Both the position numbers and the translations under genes were made by a program. Below, piece after piece: positions 11,500 through 22,339 of a stretch of DNA of 34,127 nucleotides. Below the pieces are notes generated by a model that saw only the letters and a program-made list of their open reading frames with translations, did not search any database and was not told the DNA's origin. Every line of letters starts with the position of its first letter. Position 1 is the first letter of the stretch. The DNA is taken from the NCBI RefSeq assembly GCF_004010195.1, contig NW_025215258.1:23059-57185 (forward strand), written 5' to 3'. The DNA comes from Chiloscyllium plagiosum (Eukaryota).

Positions 11500-12265
11500 G
11501 TCAAAAAGAACTCCCACCGATTTGATTGCCGTGATGGGACTGAGGTGGTGATAATTGGTCAGATTGTAATTATTCCCCTCTTAAGGGACTGGACATAGCT
11601 GAGTAATTATCCACATTACCAGGGAGATGTTACAGTTGGAGGTGGACTGAAACAGATTCCTCAGGGACACGGCTTGTTGTTTAGCATAAGGCTTCAGTCC
11701 TGTTGCAGGAATGGGGTCAGGACACATTGCCTTTGTCGTATCTATTGTGATCAACTGTTTCTTCCTCCCACATGCAGCAAATCGACTTAGTTGAAACTGG
11801 CATCTGTGATTTTGTGGGCATCATGATGAGGGTGAGGTGTATCATCGACTCAACACTTCTGGCCGAGGATGGTGCAGATAAAACATCCTTCTCTTTTACA
11901 CTGATGTGCAGGTCTGTTCCATTTTTTAGGATGGGGATGTTTGTGGAACCCTCTCCTCCAGTAATTTGTTTAATCGTCCATCACCATTTATGCCTGAATG
12001 TGGCAGGACTGCAGGGCTTCGTTCAGATCTGTTGGTAAAGTCTGGTAGCTTTAATGAGTTAGCATCAGGTTAAGGTTCACGTGATTCTGACTCTGACATG
12101 TTCACCCACACTCGTCACTGAGCTATGGATGGTGTTGATTGTAATGGCAAACTGAGGTGTCATCCTGGCAAAAAGTTACAGGTTGTGGTTGAAGGCTGTT
12201 CTGCTTCTCCTGCTGCTGTGGTCTACAGCACTGCATGAATACGCAGTTTCGAGCTGCAATATCTG
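11500..12265 (-). mobile_element. Fragment of the same CR1/L2-group LINE family as 6734-9682
   Basis: Reverse complement of 11900-12020 matches 7860-8030 (acgattaaacaaattactggaggagagggttccacaaacatccccatcct). A degenerate NYRPISL equivalent lies at ~11530-11565. Confidence 0.75.
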
Positions 12266-12269
12266 CAAT

Positions 12270-12430
12270 GCAATTCTGCTGTCTGTTCCCCAATTCTCAC
12301 TGAGACCCATTCACCCATCAGACTTGCACTCAGTGACCTAACCTGGTTTCTGATGTGGAAATGCTTCCATTTTCAAACTCTCATTCTGCTGAGGGTCTGT
12401 CTCCCCGGGTCTTGCTTCCAATCTGACACA
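12270..12430 (+). mobile_element. L2 LINE C-terminal fragment
   Basis: cattcacccatcagacttgcactcagtgacctaacctggtttctg...tttcaaactctcatt gives HSPI..ALSDL.W...F.FQTLI, like the L2 motif HITPVL..LHWLP...FKIL. Confidence 0.55.
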
Positions 12431-12734
12431 TTCCGCAAAAGCATTTACTTGATATTAACTCAAATGTTTAATTCACCTGAATCTTTTTCCTCGCGAAATA
12501 CCATCTTCAGTGTTTGAAATAAATGTGTTTCCTCTGTTTCTCTCCCTTATCATGATTAAGAGCTCTGTAGTGTCAGTGATGCCTTACCTAGTTTCAGAGC
12601 CAATGAATTCTCTGAATTCCCAATCATCTTCACCACATTGTATATTTTCTCCTTTGGTTTGATGCCTTGTAAATCATGGCTGCCTTGTCCTCCCATGAGT
12701 ATGTTTCATATTCTTGAGGTTGCATTTCTGGTAT

Positions 12735-12876
12735 TATCTTTCGAATAATTCCCACAAACTTCCGCTATTGCTGCTCCATGGTCTTTCCTGCTCAGCTCCC
12801 CTTCCAATTAACTCTGGCCAGCTCCTCCCACATGTCTTTGCAGTTACATTGCTTAATTATAACCACATTACATCTT
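12735..12876 (-). mobile_element. CR1 linker fragment
   Basis: Reverse strand reads approximately DMWEELARVNWKGS*AGKTMEQQ*RKF, typical of the region just after the CR1 endonuclease. Confidence 0.6.
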
Positions 12877-12973
12877 GAAGAAAACATTGCGTATAAACTG
12901 AAAGAAGGAGTTTCGAGAGATGGGCCACGAAGAATGACTGAGGGATTTCTTAACTAGATACAAAGGGAGAATG

Positions 12974-12989
12974 AGAGAGAGAGAGAGAG
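12974..12989 (+). repeat. (GA)n microsatellite
   Basis: gagagagagagagaga. Confidence 0.8.
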
Positions 12990-13551
12990 GAAATAGACAT
13001 GGAAATGTGGAAAATGAGAAAACTATATTATCGAAAGAAGTAGATATACTTCCCTAAATATTTTGGCAATTCCTGTGTGCAGTGGTCCTTTGTACAGTGA
13101 ATCTACATCAGAGCAATATGTTCAAATGCTGGGTCTGATGCCATAACTTTTCTCTCCAACAATATGACAGACACTAGCTTTGGAAAGAACCCAGCAGGCC
13201 AACATATCTAATTCCTGGTAGAAAGGGGATTAACTGAAATAGGTTGGGACATGAGAAGCAAGAATTTATAACACACATCCTGATAAGAATGAGAGAGTAG
13301 ATTTGGGAATCCCAGAAAAGGGGGTAACGTTGACAGAAAGGGAAGGTATCACTTCAGATGAGGACCAAATAATGTTTTAATGCTTTATAAATGTTATACA
13401 TCGTGTGCATCATTTTTCGTTAACTGTGTCTCCGTTGTTCATTCAGAATGTGTTGGACACATATGAACAATCTTCCTTATCTGAACACACACTGATTAAA
13501 CAGTGGAGAAAAAATTATTTTTCCTCCATTTCAGACTGTCCTATTCTCGTG

Positions 13552-13935
13552 CTAGCAGGATATATGAACACCAGCTAGCTACCAAAAGACATGACCCACT
13601 ATCACTAGTTTCCATACATGCAGAAAAAGAAGGACACCACGTTGACTGTGACAACACACACTTCCTAGGACAAAGCCACGCACGAAAGTTCTTAGAAGCA
13701 TGGCATTCTAGCCAGAAGTACATCAATAAACACATCAATTTAGATCCCATCTACCTTCCCTTGAACAAAAAAACTGGAAATGACATCACGCAACTGAAGA
13801 AACCAAAAACTAGAAATAGAAAGTCACGACATACCACCAGTGCGTCACCAGAGACTCTCACTGATGATGTCACCCAGTCATGGTGACGAAACATCTGAAA
13901 ACAAACCTTCAAGCTCAGCGAGTTAACATACATAC
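13552..13935 (+). mobile_element. Penelope-like element 3' fragment (second family; GIY-YIG C-terminus and tail)
   Basis: RIYEHQLATKRHDPLSLVSIH..KEGH....NT..LG....RKFLEAWHS...INKHI.LDPIY.PL, followed by a hammerhead-like core. Confidence 0.8.
13858..13898 (+). ncRNA. Minimal type-I hammerhead ribozyme-like motif (probably decayed)
   Basis: tca CTGATGA t GTCACC cagtcat GGTGAC GAAA cATC tga: intact CUGAUGA and GAAA boxes, 6-bp stem II, 3-bp stem I. The canonical GAAACGTC is GAAACATC here. Confidence 0.6.
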
Positions 13936-13939
13936 TTAT

Positions 13940-16900
13940 AAATTGTTATTTTTCTCTTAATCGTGGAATTTGCGACTACTTTGTCACTCATGTTTTAACA
14001 GAGTACGAGGTGAGGTGAGCTTTTCTGGGTGTGTGGTTTAATTAATAGAGGGGTTTAACATCGACATCATAACAGTTTAAGGGTTTGTCGTATCGGATTT
14101 GAACAGATTTGGGGTACAAAAGGTCCCAGCAGATTCCATCACTTGGCAGTTAGTGACCTAGATCTTCAAATAAAACAGGTGAGAAAATTCATTTAATTTT
14201 GTTTCCTTGTGGTTGGTTAATTTAAAATAAATGGCTTTTAATATTACTAAAAAGGTTCTTAGGTTTGAAGATAGAACCCAAATTTGCCAAGAAAGCATAG
14301 AAAGACAAAGGAAGGGCATACTTTTAGAATTAACATGTAGATTAGAATTGGGTTTCACCAGGGACAAAAGGAAAGCTGTCACCATAATGGAGTTGGTCAA
14401 GCACTTTGGTGTATCAGAGAAGCAGGNNNNNNNNNNNNNNNNNNNNNNNNNNNNNNNNNNNNNNNNNNNNNNNNNNNNNNNNNNNNNNNNNNNNNNNNNN
14501 NNNNNNNNNNNNNNNNNNNNNNNNNNNNNNNNNNNNNNNNNNNNNNNNNNNNNNNNNNNNNNNNNNNNNNNNNNNNNNNNNNNNNNNNNNNNNNNNNNNN
14601 NNNNNNNNNNNNNNNNNNNNNNNNNNNNNNNNNNNNNTCAAACAGGCTATTTTGAGTGCTTCTGAATTGCTACTAGAAGAATATAGACAGCGGTTCAGAA
14701 ATATAGAGACAGAAACAGGTCAGACTTATATTGAGTTTGAAAGAATTAAACAAAGTCATTTTGATAGAAGGGTGCAGGCCATAAAAATGGATAAGACCTG
14801 CGAGGCTCGAAGGGAGATTATTCTGCTGGAAGAGTTTAAAGACTCACGTCCATAGGTGGTAAGAATTCATGTGAATGAACAGAAAGTTCAAGAAGTGAGA
14901 AGCACGGCAGAAATGGCAGGTGAGTATGCATTGGTGAATGAGATGAAATTTAGCTTCTGGGAGGATTTTCATCCTGTGAGGGATAGAAATTGGGAGATGG
15001 GGGGATCCTACACTACAAAAAAGAGAAAAGCACACTGCGAATAGTTTACCACAGGTGAAAAAACAAGTCCAAGGAGTTGAAAGGAAGTGAAAGGCCTCAG
15101 GTGTTCTCACAATAACGTAGTGGAACACATAAAAATAACAGTGCCGATGGTTTAAGAAGGGCCTGGGAAATGTTGTTTTCACTGCAGTAAGCTGGGACAC
15201 ACAGTGCTAGGCATTCAAGGAAGACACTTTGGGAAAAGATGTTATAAAGGGGTTTAAGCCAGTGGCATTGGTGAACCTGGTAAAGGAGACCCTAAGTAGA
15301 GCAAAGGAGCTGCAGGAGAGTGCACAGCCTAGGCAGGGGCTGTGTATGGAGTCAGTGCCCGATCTCTATAAATAATTCGCATCCGTAGATAAACCTTAAT
15401 AAGGAAAACCGGGATGTCGGGGGAGGACAAGAAGTCATAATTTTCCAAGATACGGGATCTGCTCAGTCTCTAATAGTTGAGAAGTAAGGGGCTGGAAAGG
15501 CACAACAGATCAGGCAGCAATCGGAGAGCAGGACAATCGACATATCAGGCATAAACCTATCGTCAGGAATGTGGCGGGGAGACAAGGGGGCTGATAGATA
15601 AATACGAGGGTAGGAGCTGGGCTGGCGGGAGGGCCACTGGAAGGACGTTGGGAAGATGTAGGTGGGAGTGATTGCGATATGTTGGAGGCGAGGGTGGAGT
15701 GGATCGGTGGGAAGGAAGATGGACAGTTAGCACAGTTCAAGAGGGCAGAGCTAAGTTGAACGGTTGGATCTGCGTTGAGGCTGGGGATGGGGAGATTTGG
15801 AAATTGGTGAAGTCAACGTTGATGCTGTATAGTTTGAGGGTTCCAGCTGTCCTACCACCTATCCACTTCACCCTCCTCTCTGACCTTTCACCATCAGACA
15901 TGACCTGCATCTACTGATCGCCTTCCAAGCTCCCTTCCACTCAGCTCCAGCCCCACCCTCCTATTTAATTCTCAGTCGCTTTCCCCCTCCATTACCCCCC
16001 ACTTTCCTGATGAAGGACGTATGCCTGAAACGTCAACTCTCCTGCCCCTCGGATGCTGCCAGCCTGCTGTGCTTTTCCAGCCCCACATCTTTCAACTCTG
16101 ATCTCCAGCATCTGCAGTCCGCACTGTCCCTCAGCCTCTAATAGTAAGAGATGGAAGTATTTTCACTCTTTCTGACATGTTACTCAACAGCGTGATAATT
16201 TGTGGAATGGGGACAGAAAGTAAGCATTCTCTTGTGTAACATTATGTTGGAGTGCCAAATCAAGGTTGGGGAAGTAACAGTGAGAGTGAGTGATAGAGTG
16301 TCAGTTCCAGGAATACAGTTTGTTCTTGGGAATGATTTAGCAGGATTCAATGTGGGAGAGGCACCCCTTGTGGTGGAGAAGTCAAAGTAAAACTACGGAA
16401 CTGGGAAATTAAAAGAAAAATACCCAGGGATTTTTCCAGACTATGTAGTAATGAGATCCCACTGTCATACGTAACAACAGGAAGGAAAACCGAAAGAAAA
16501 AGCCAAAGGCGTTGATGCACGGAAGACTCAGGGTAAAGCATTTCTAGTGGCTGGAATGCACAAGGACGTGGCTAATTTTTGTTGTACATGTCATACATGC
16601 CAAATGGTAGGTAGGTCACAGGCAGTTATAAAACCAGCACCGTTGTTGCCAATTCCTGTATTCGAAGAAGCCTTTCACGTGGGTTATCATTAATTGTGGA
16701 GCTCTCCTTTCTAAAATAAAAGTGGAAAGCAATATCTGCTAATCATAATGGATGTGTCTACTCGATTTCCAGGGATAATTCCATTAGGGGATGTTAAGGC
16801 AAAAAGGGAGGTGGAGGGGTAAGTAGCTTTCTTTACTCACTGTGGGCTACACAGTGTGATTCAGTCAGACCAAGGGTCTCATTTTACCGCACAGTTCTTT

Positions 16901-17676
16901 AAGGGCGTCATGGATAGCTTCGGCATACAGCAGTTTAAATCAAGTGCATTCCAAAACCGAATCCCAGGGAGTCTTGGAAAGTTGGCATCAGATGCTGAAG
17001 ACAATATTAACAGCGTACTGTCAGAATTACCCGAATGATTGGAATAAAGGCATCCCATTATATGGTTTACCATTAGAGATGCCCCAAATAAATCTACTCA
17101 GTTTATACCCTTTGAGTTAATATCCGTACATAAAGTGAGAGGCCTTTTGAAATTAATTAAATATAAATTGGCAGGACCTAAGTCAGTGATCTTACAGTTG
17201 GATTATGTATCGAAGGTGAGCGAGAAATAAGATGGAGTAGGTGAGTTACTAAACAGCACCTGAAGAGGGCACAGCATAGAATGAAGCAGGTGGCAGATAC
17301 AAACTCTGAAACTTTAACAATTTCCCATGGTGATGACGTATTAGTATTGCCACCAGTGGTANNNNTTGTTGAGTTGGTTAAACTATCTGATAAAGATACC
17401 GGATATGACAAAAAAAGTTATCGAATGTCATGTGAATGCATAATGCTCCAGACACATTTAAGACTCAGGAACAGAGTTGTGGCCAGATGAAGAAATTGTG
17501 CAGCTTATTTGTATGATGTTGTGATCTTTAACAAGTGATTGAAACCTCAAAAGTCAGAGCATTTTGAACGATTACAAGAAGCAAACTTGGTCATAAACTT
17601 AGTGAAAACAGAATTCGCGAAGGCAGAGGTGACGTTGTTGGGACATTACTTTGGGCATGGAAGGTTGCCTCCATGG
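13940..17676 (+). mobile_element. Gmr1-type Gypsy/Ty3 LTR retrotransposon, decayed (LTR end, PBS, SCAN-like gag, CCHC, PR, IN, RT fragment)
   Basis: LTR end ...cataaca (14074) and a degenerate tRNA-Pro-like PBS (14078-14104). Gag ATG at 14231. KQAILSASELLLEEYRQRFR..QTYIEF..FDR..LLEEFK (14640-14850). CFHCSKLGH (15174). Protease FQDTGSAQSL (15443-15472) and LGNDLAG. Integrase CCTCHTCQ, YLLIIMDVSTRFP, IQSDQGSHFT (16560-17180). RT NAP.TF...CAAYLYDVVIF..RLQEANLVINL.KTEF...VT.LGH (17443-17660). Confidence 0.88.
15478..16129. mobile_element. Penelope-derived insertion (two inverted 3' ends) with 16-bp target-site duplication
   Basis: Flanked by ctcagtctctaatagt (15462-15477) and ctcagcctctaatagt (16130-16145). 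The left half (ggggctggaaagg...caggcagca) is the inverse of the right half (tgctgccagcctgctgtgcttttccagcccc). Confidence 0.85.
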
Positions 17677-18183
17677 ATTAAAAACAGCACCAAGAGAAAG
17701 TTCAGAGAGAGTAGCAACCAGGAGATAGTCAGTGAAGCTTCCAACTCTGTGGGGACCCCAATAGTTTCTGAAGCTACTGAGAAACCAAAATGGCCTCTTA
17801 CTGGCTTCTTCCTCATCCGATTGGACAGGGCCAAGGGCCGGATTGGGTTACCCCTGGTTCCTGCTTGACAGTTCGAAGTGCTGACAAGTGTGATGATGAT
17901 GCAGTTTTAAGAGGTCATTTTGTCCTGGTTTCTGTTAAGAGACAGATTGTATGATCATTACCAAGCTGGCTAGTTAAGACCACTTGAGTAAACAGCAAGA
18001 GAGACCGTGTGTTTATTTTAGTGCAGCCTGAATGGGTGTGACCAGCTCTGACAAATTACGATCTCTGGGTTTTGGTTTCTCAGTAGCTTCAGAAACTATT
18101 GGGGTCCCCACAGAGTTGGAAGCTTCACTAACTATCTCCTGGTTGCTACTCTCTCTGAATTTTCTCTTGGTGCTGTTTTTAAT
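17677..18183. repeat. 114-bp inverted repeat (17677-17790 vs 18070-18183)
   Basis: Direct reverse-complement comparison gives 2 mismatches, with a 279-bp spacer. Confidence 0.95.
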
Positions 18184-18533
18184 TCCTGGATTGGAGAAAT
18201 GTTTGTGACAATCTGTGTCTGAATATTCCTTTCTGCCAGGGGCTGTGTTTAAGGGATTTTCCTATACTGGAACAGTTCATTCGTAATAGTTCCTAGATTT
18301 GTTATTCTGTTAACTTGTCCAATAGAATTACGTTTTTCTAAATTCCTCTTTCTTTGCTTTCATTTTAACTTTCGTGTTTCAATAAATAGTGTTTAGCTTC
18401 ACACCGAGTAGTTTGAACTGTCACATTGCATTTGGGACAGACAGTTTACATTTCCATTAAAATAAATTAAAAAATTAGAGTCTGGGTTACCGCCTTCCAA
18501 TATTTTCGAGGGGCTCTCGTGTCGTCCATCACA
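17889..18533 (+). mobile_element. Solo LTR (Gypsy-like)
   Basis: Termini TGTGATG...CATCACA (7-bp inverted repeat). Internal AATAAA at ~18381 and ~18461. Flanks caag/ctag may be a 4-bp TSD with one mismatch. No polypurine tract upstream. Confidence 0.7.
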
Positions 18534-19317
18534 CTAGACTCCTTCTCTTCCTGAGTAATAGGGGCACTGAATCGGCTGTCCCTGTTCTTCTCCAATAGTG
18601 TCAATGGGCTGAATGGCTTCCTCATATTCCTGTGAAATGAACTCTTGTTTTACTGTGGCAATTTATTTTACTGTGGCAATGTGCAGTGTCAGGCAGTGCT
18701 GNNNNNNNNNNNNNNNNNNNNNNNNNNNNNNNNNNNNNNNNNNNNNNNNNNNNNNNNNNNNNNNNNNNNNNNNNNNNNNNNNNNNNNNNNNNNNNNNNNN
18801 NNNNNNNNNNNNNNNNNNNNNNNNNNNNNNNNNNNNNNNNNNNNNNNNNNNNNNNNNNNNNNNNNNNNNNNNNNNNNNNNNNNNNNNNNNNNNNNNNNNN
18901 NNNNNNNNNNNNNNNNNNNNNNNNNNNNNNNNNNNNNNNNNNNNNNNNNNNNNNNNNNNNNNNNNNNNNNNNNNNNNNNNNNNNNNNNNNNNNNNNNNNN
19001 NNNNNNNNNNNNNNNNNNNNNNNNNNNNNNNNNNNNNNNNNNNNNNNNNNNNNNNNNNNNNNNNNNNNNNNNNNNNNNNNNNNNNNNNNNNNNNNNNNNN
19101 NNNNNNNNNNNNNNNNNNNNNNNNNNNNNNNNNNNNNNNNNNNNNNNNNNNNNNNNNNNNNNNNNNNNNNNNNNNNNNNNNNNNTCTGGGTCTAAACATG
19201 ACCAACAAATGAAGCACAAGTTGCAGAGAGGGGAAGCTCTGTAAAGAGAGATGGGGGGCCTCTTTCATACCCAGCCTGGATTTTCCAATTGCATTTCCCA
19301 AATCACTTCAAAGCGTG

Positions 19318-19420
19318 TGTGACAGTCTTGAGAGTCTGAATGGTCTCCTCTGTTTCTGTGCAACAGGTTATAGGAGTAAGTGGCCTCCAACCTCTCCTAT
19401 CTAGCAGGTATGCGGACTGG
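19318..19420 (+). repeat. Short patch of the old degenerate 42-bp repeat
   Basis: gacagtcttgagagtctgaatggtctcctctgtttctgtgcaacagg followed by a second, weaker unit. Confidence 0.6.
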
Positions 19421-19422
19421 AT

Positions 19423-19640
19423 GGAATACAGAAACATGGGACTGAGGAGCAGGAGTGGGACATTAGATATGTTGAGCCTTCTCCACAAGGCACTAATATT
19501 GTGGACACAGCCCCACTTTCCTGTCTGTACACTATTACACGTGACTCACTTCCCTGTCAAATATTTAATTAAACAGCTTTCAATCCATATGAACATAGAG
19601 GCAGGATAAACTTCCAGTGAAGAGAATTCCCACTTGAAAG
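19423..19640 (-). mobile_element. CR1 LINE 3' end fragment
   Basis: Reverse strand ...gggaattctcttc...caggaaagtgggg...aggctcaacatatctaatgtcccactcctgctcct, a CR1-type tail. Confidence 0.55.
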
Positions 19641-19669
19641 GTCCTTTCAGAATATTTCGACATCCCTCT

Positions 19670-21010
19670 TATAGAATCTGACAGTCATGTAGAACGGAAA
19701 CAGACCCGTTAGTCCAACCTGTTCATTCCGGTCAGATATCAAATATGACCTTGTCTCATTTGCCAGCATTTGGCCAATATCCCTCCTCTTTCAGATACAA
19801 TTTAAATGTGCGATTGTAGCCGCCTTCACCACTTCCTCTGACAAAACTTTCTGTGCACACACCACTCTCTGTGTGAAACATTTATCTTCAGGTCCATTCT
19901 AAATTATTCGCCCTCTCATTTTCACACTATGCCCTCTTGTTCTGAACCCCCCCTATCTTGGGGAGCAGAACATGGCTGTTCAGAATATCCATGCCTCTAA
20001 TGATTCTATAAATCTCTATAATGTCACCCTTCAGACTCTGACACTCCAGGGGGAAACACCTCAACCGAATCAACCTTTCCCTGAAGCTCAAACCTCCAGT
20101 TCTGCAACTGAGTTGTACGCAGTTTTCTTAAAGTGGCCTCACCAACATCCTGTACAGAGGCAACATGCCACCACAACTCCTATACTCAATGCTCTGACTG
20201 ATTAAGGCAAATGTGCCAAATGTGGTCAGCACCACTCTGTCTACCTGCGACTCCACTTTCAAGGAACTATGTACCTGCAGCCCTATGTCCCTTTGATCGA
20301 CAACACGCCCCAGGACCTTACAATTAAGTGTATAATTTCTGCCCTGATTTGCCTTCCCAAAATGCAAAACTTCGTATTTATCTAAATGTAACTACATCTG
20401 TCACTCCTTGTCCCTTTGTCCCATCTAATTGTGATCTCGTTGTACTCTGAGATAATCTACTACACCACCTTTCTGATATAATCTGTAACCTTACTAACTC
20501 TGGCCCCAATATGCACATCTAAATCATTTACATAAATGATGAAATGCAATTATCATCATTTATGCTGCTCACAAGCCTCCAGTCTGAAAAATATCCCTCT
20601 TCCTTCAAGCCAATTGTGACTAGCTTCCTCCGTATCTCGTGTGACCGAACCTTACTCATCTGCCTACCAATCGGAATGTTGTGAACACCTTATTGAGGTC
20701 CATGTAGACAATGTCTACCAAACTGCCTTCATCAATCTTCTTTGTCACCTCTTCATAAAACTCAATCAAATTAATGAGACATGATTTCCCATGCAGAAAG
20801 CCACGTTGACAACCCCGATAAGCCCTTGCCTTCCCAAATGTTTGAGCTGAAAATGTGTTGCTGGAAAGACACAGCAGGTCAGGCAGCATCCAAGGAGCAG
20901 GAGCATCGACGTTTCGACATAAACATGTATGTAAATCCTGTCCCTCAGTATCCCCTACAACAACTTCCCCACCACTGACATCAGGCTCACCGGTCTATAG
21001 TTCCCCGACT
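19670..21010 (-). mobile_element. CR1 (HER1-like) LINE, RT to 3' end, interrupted by a short Penelope end
   Basis: QRGFLHGKSCLINLIEFYEEVTKKIDEGSLVDIVYMDLNKVF and MHFGKANQGRNYTLN...DIGLQVHSSLKVESQVDRVV...LYRMLVRPL. NYRPVSL lies at ~20983-21003. Confidence 0.92.
20843..20921 (-). mobile_element. Short Penelope 3'-terminal fragment inserted in the CR1
   Basis: gtgttgctggaaagacacagcaggtcaggcagcatccaaggagcaggagcatcgacgtttcg, the same motif as at 1775-1835 and 22863-22925. Confidence 0.8.
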
Positions 21011-21345
21011 TTTGGGGTCACTGCTACCTTTTCCATTCCCAATGCTCCACTGCTCACAACACATGTCAAATGTAACCAGTTTGGTGATATGTCCGATCAT
21101 ATCGGTCTCAGAGTGGGTCAATGTCAGTTTTAGCAACAAGTCAGGCAAGTTTTTTTTTAATCTGCTCAAATAGCACCTTTATGATCCAGAGAGATTGTTC
21201 AAAATGTTATTCTGCTTCTGAAGGCATTCGACTCATACAAGCTGTTAGCAATGGGGCTTCATCCTGGAACATTTGGATTTGGCTGAATTCCCTTTGTATA
21301 AGGCAGTGAAGAGATTCCCATGAATTCTGGCCAAAGATCGCCCAA

Positions 21346-21650
21346 GGGTATCACAGTGGCTCAGTTGTTAGCACTGCTGCCTCACAGCACCAGGGCCTTG
21401 CGTTCAGTTCCAGACTCGGGTGACTACTTGTGCAGAGGTTGCACATTCTCCCCTTCTAATGGTTGCTCCAGTTTCCTTCCACAGTCCAAAGCTGTGCTGG
21501 TTAGATGGATTGGTCATGATAATTTGTCCAAAGTGTTCAGGGGTTTCTCGGTTCGGTGCATCGGTCGGCGTAAATGTCAGGGAGCAAGCCTGAGAAGGTT
21601 GGTATGGACGTTTTGTGCCGAAGGGCCTGTTTGCACACTGTAGGGATTCT
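21346..21650 (+). mobile_element. HE1-type V-SINE (tRNA-derived, CR1-like tail)
   Basis: A-box-like agtggctcagttgttagcactgctgcctcacagc, V-domain-like ttgcacattctccc...gctccagtttccttccacagtccaaag, and tail gccgaagggcctgtttgcacactgtagggattct. Confidence 0.85.
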
Positions 21651-22014
21651 TTAAAAACAAGAATGGTAACAATGACTGTAGATTTTTTGTTTTAGCTAGC
21701 ACATATTGCTGTCATGAGGAATAATGAAGGAGAGAGAGTGTAATCAGGCAGATTACATTTTCTCTCTCTCTGAGCTGAATCACACAGTAATGTCATCCTC
21801 TCCCAAACATGTGAGGTCTCCTTGTACATTCTCCAAACTATGTCTCCATCACATTCCCTGTTCCATGTAGGTGCATCATTGTTGCTGTCATACACAGTGC
21901 CATACCCTTACCAGAAAATGGTCTCGGTCGATTTGAAGATATGTTTATATGTCGCTGCATCATTAGAAAATAAAATGTTTAATGTATTCAGAATATTGTG
22001 TTAAAATGAATGCA

Positions 22015-22295
22015 TTTTGCAACAAATACAGAAATTGCTGGAAAAGCTCGGCAGGTCTGTCAGCATCCAGATGCCTTTTACATGCTGTATTTGTACCAGC
22101 CTCCACCACTTCCTCTGGCAGCTCATTCCAGACGTATACCACCCTCTGTGTGAAATGGTGCTCGTGCGCTCGGCAAAACCTTTCCCCTCTCAATTTCAAC
22201 CAATGCCCTCTAGGTTTGTTAGCCCCAATCTGGGGAAAAACCTGACTACTTACCCTAACCATAATCATTTTGATTTTATAACCCTTTACTGCTGC
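22015..22295 (-). mobile_element. Penelope end fragment (22015-22068) joined to a CR1 3' fragment (22068-22295)
   Basis: gaaattgctggaaaagctcggcaggtctgtcagcatc, then reverse-strand RGHWLKLRGERF...FTQRVVYVWNELPEEVVEAGT..ACKRHLD. Confidence 0.8.
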
Positions 22296-22339
22296 AAAAT
22301 GTGACTCCAATCAACACGGATGGCTGTGCTTTAAATCAT

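Noticed and set aside
13940..18533. Intact two-LTR provirus
   Set aside because: The two LTR ends differ, the right LTR has no PPT and sits within fossil repeat sequence, and RT/RNase H is mostly missing.
21346..21420. tRNA gene
   Set aside because: It is the tRNA-derived head of a SINE, with a degenerate B box, and continues into SINE body and tail.
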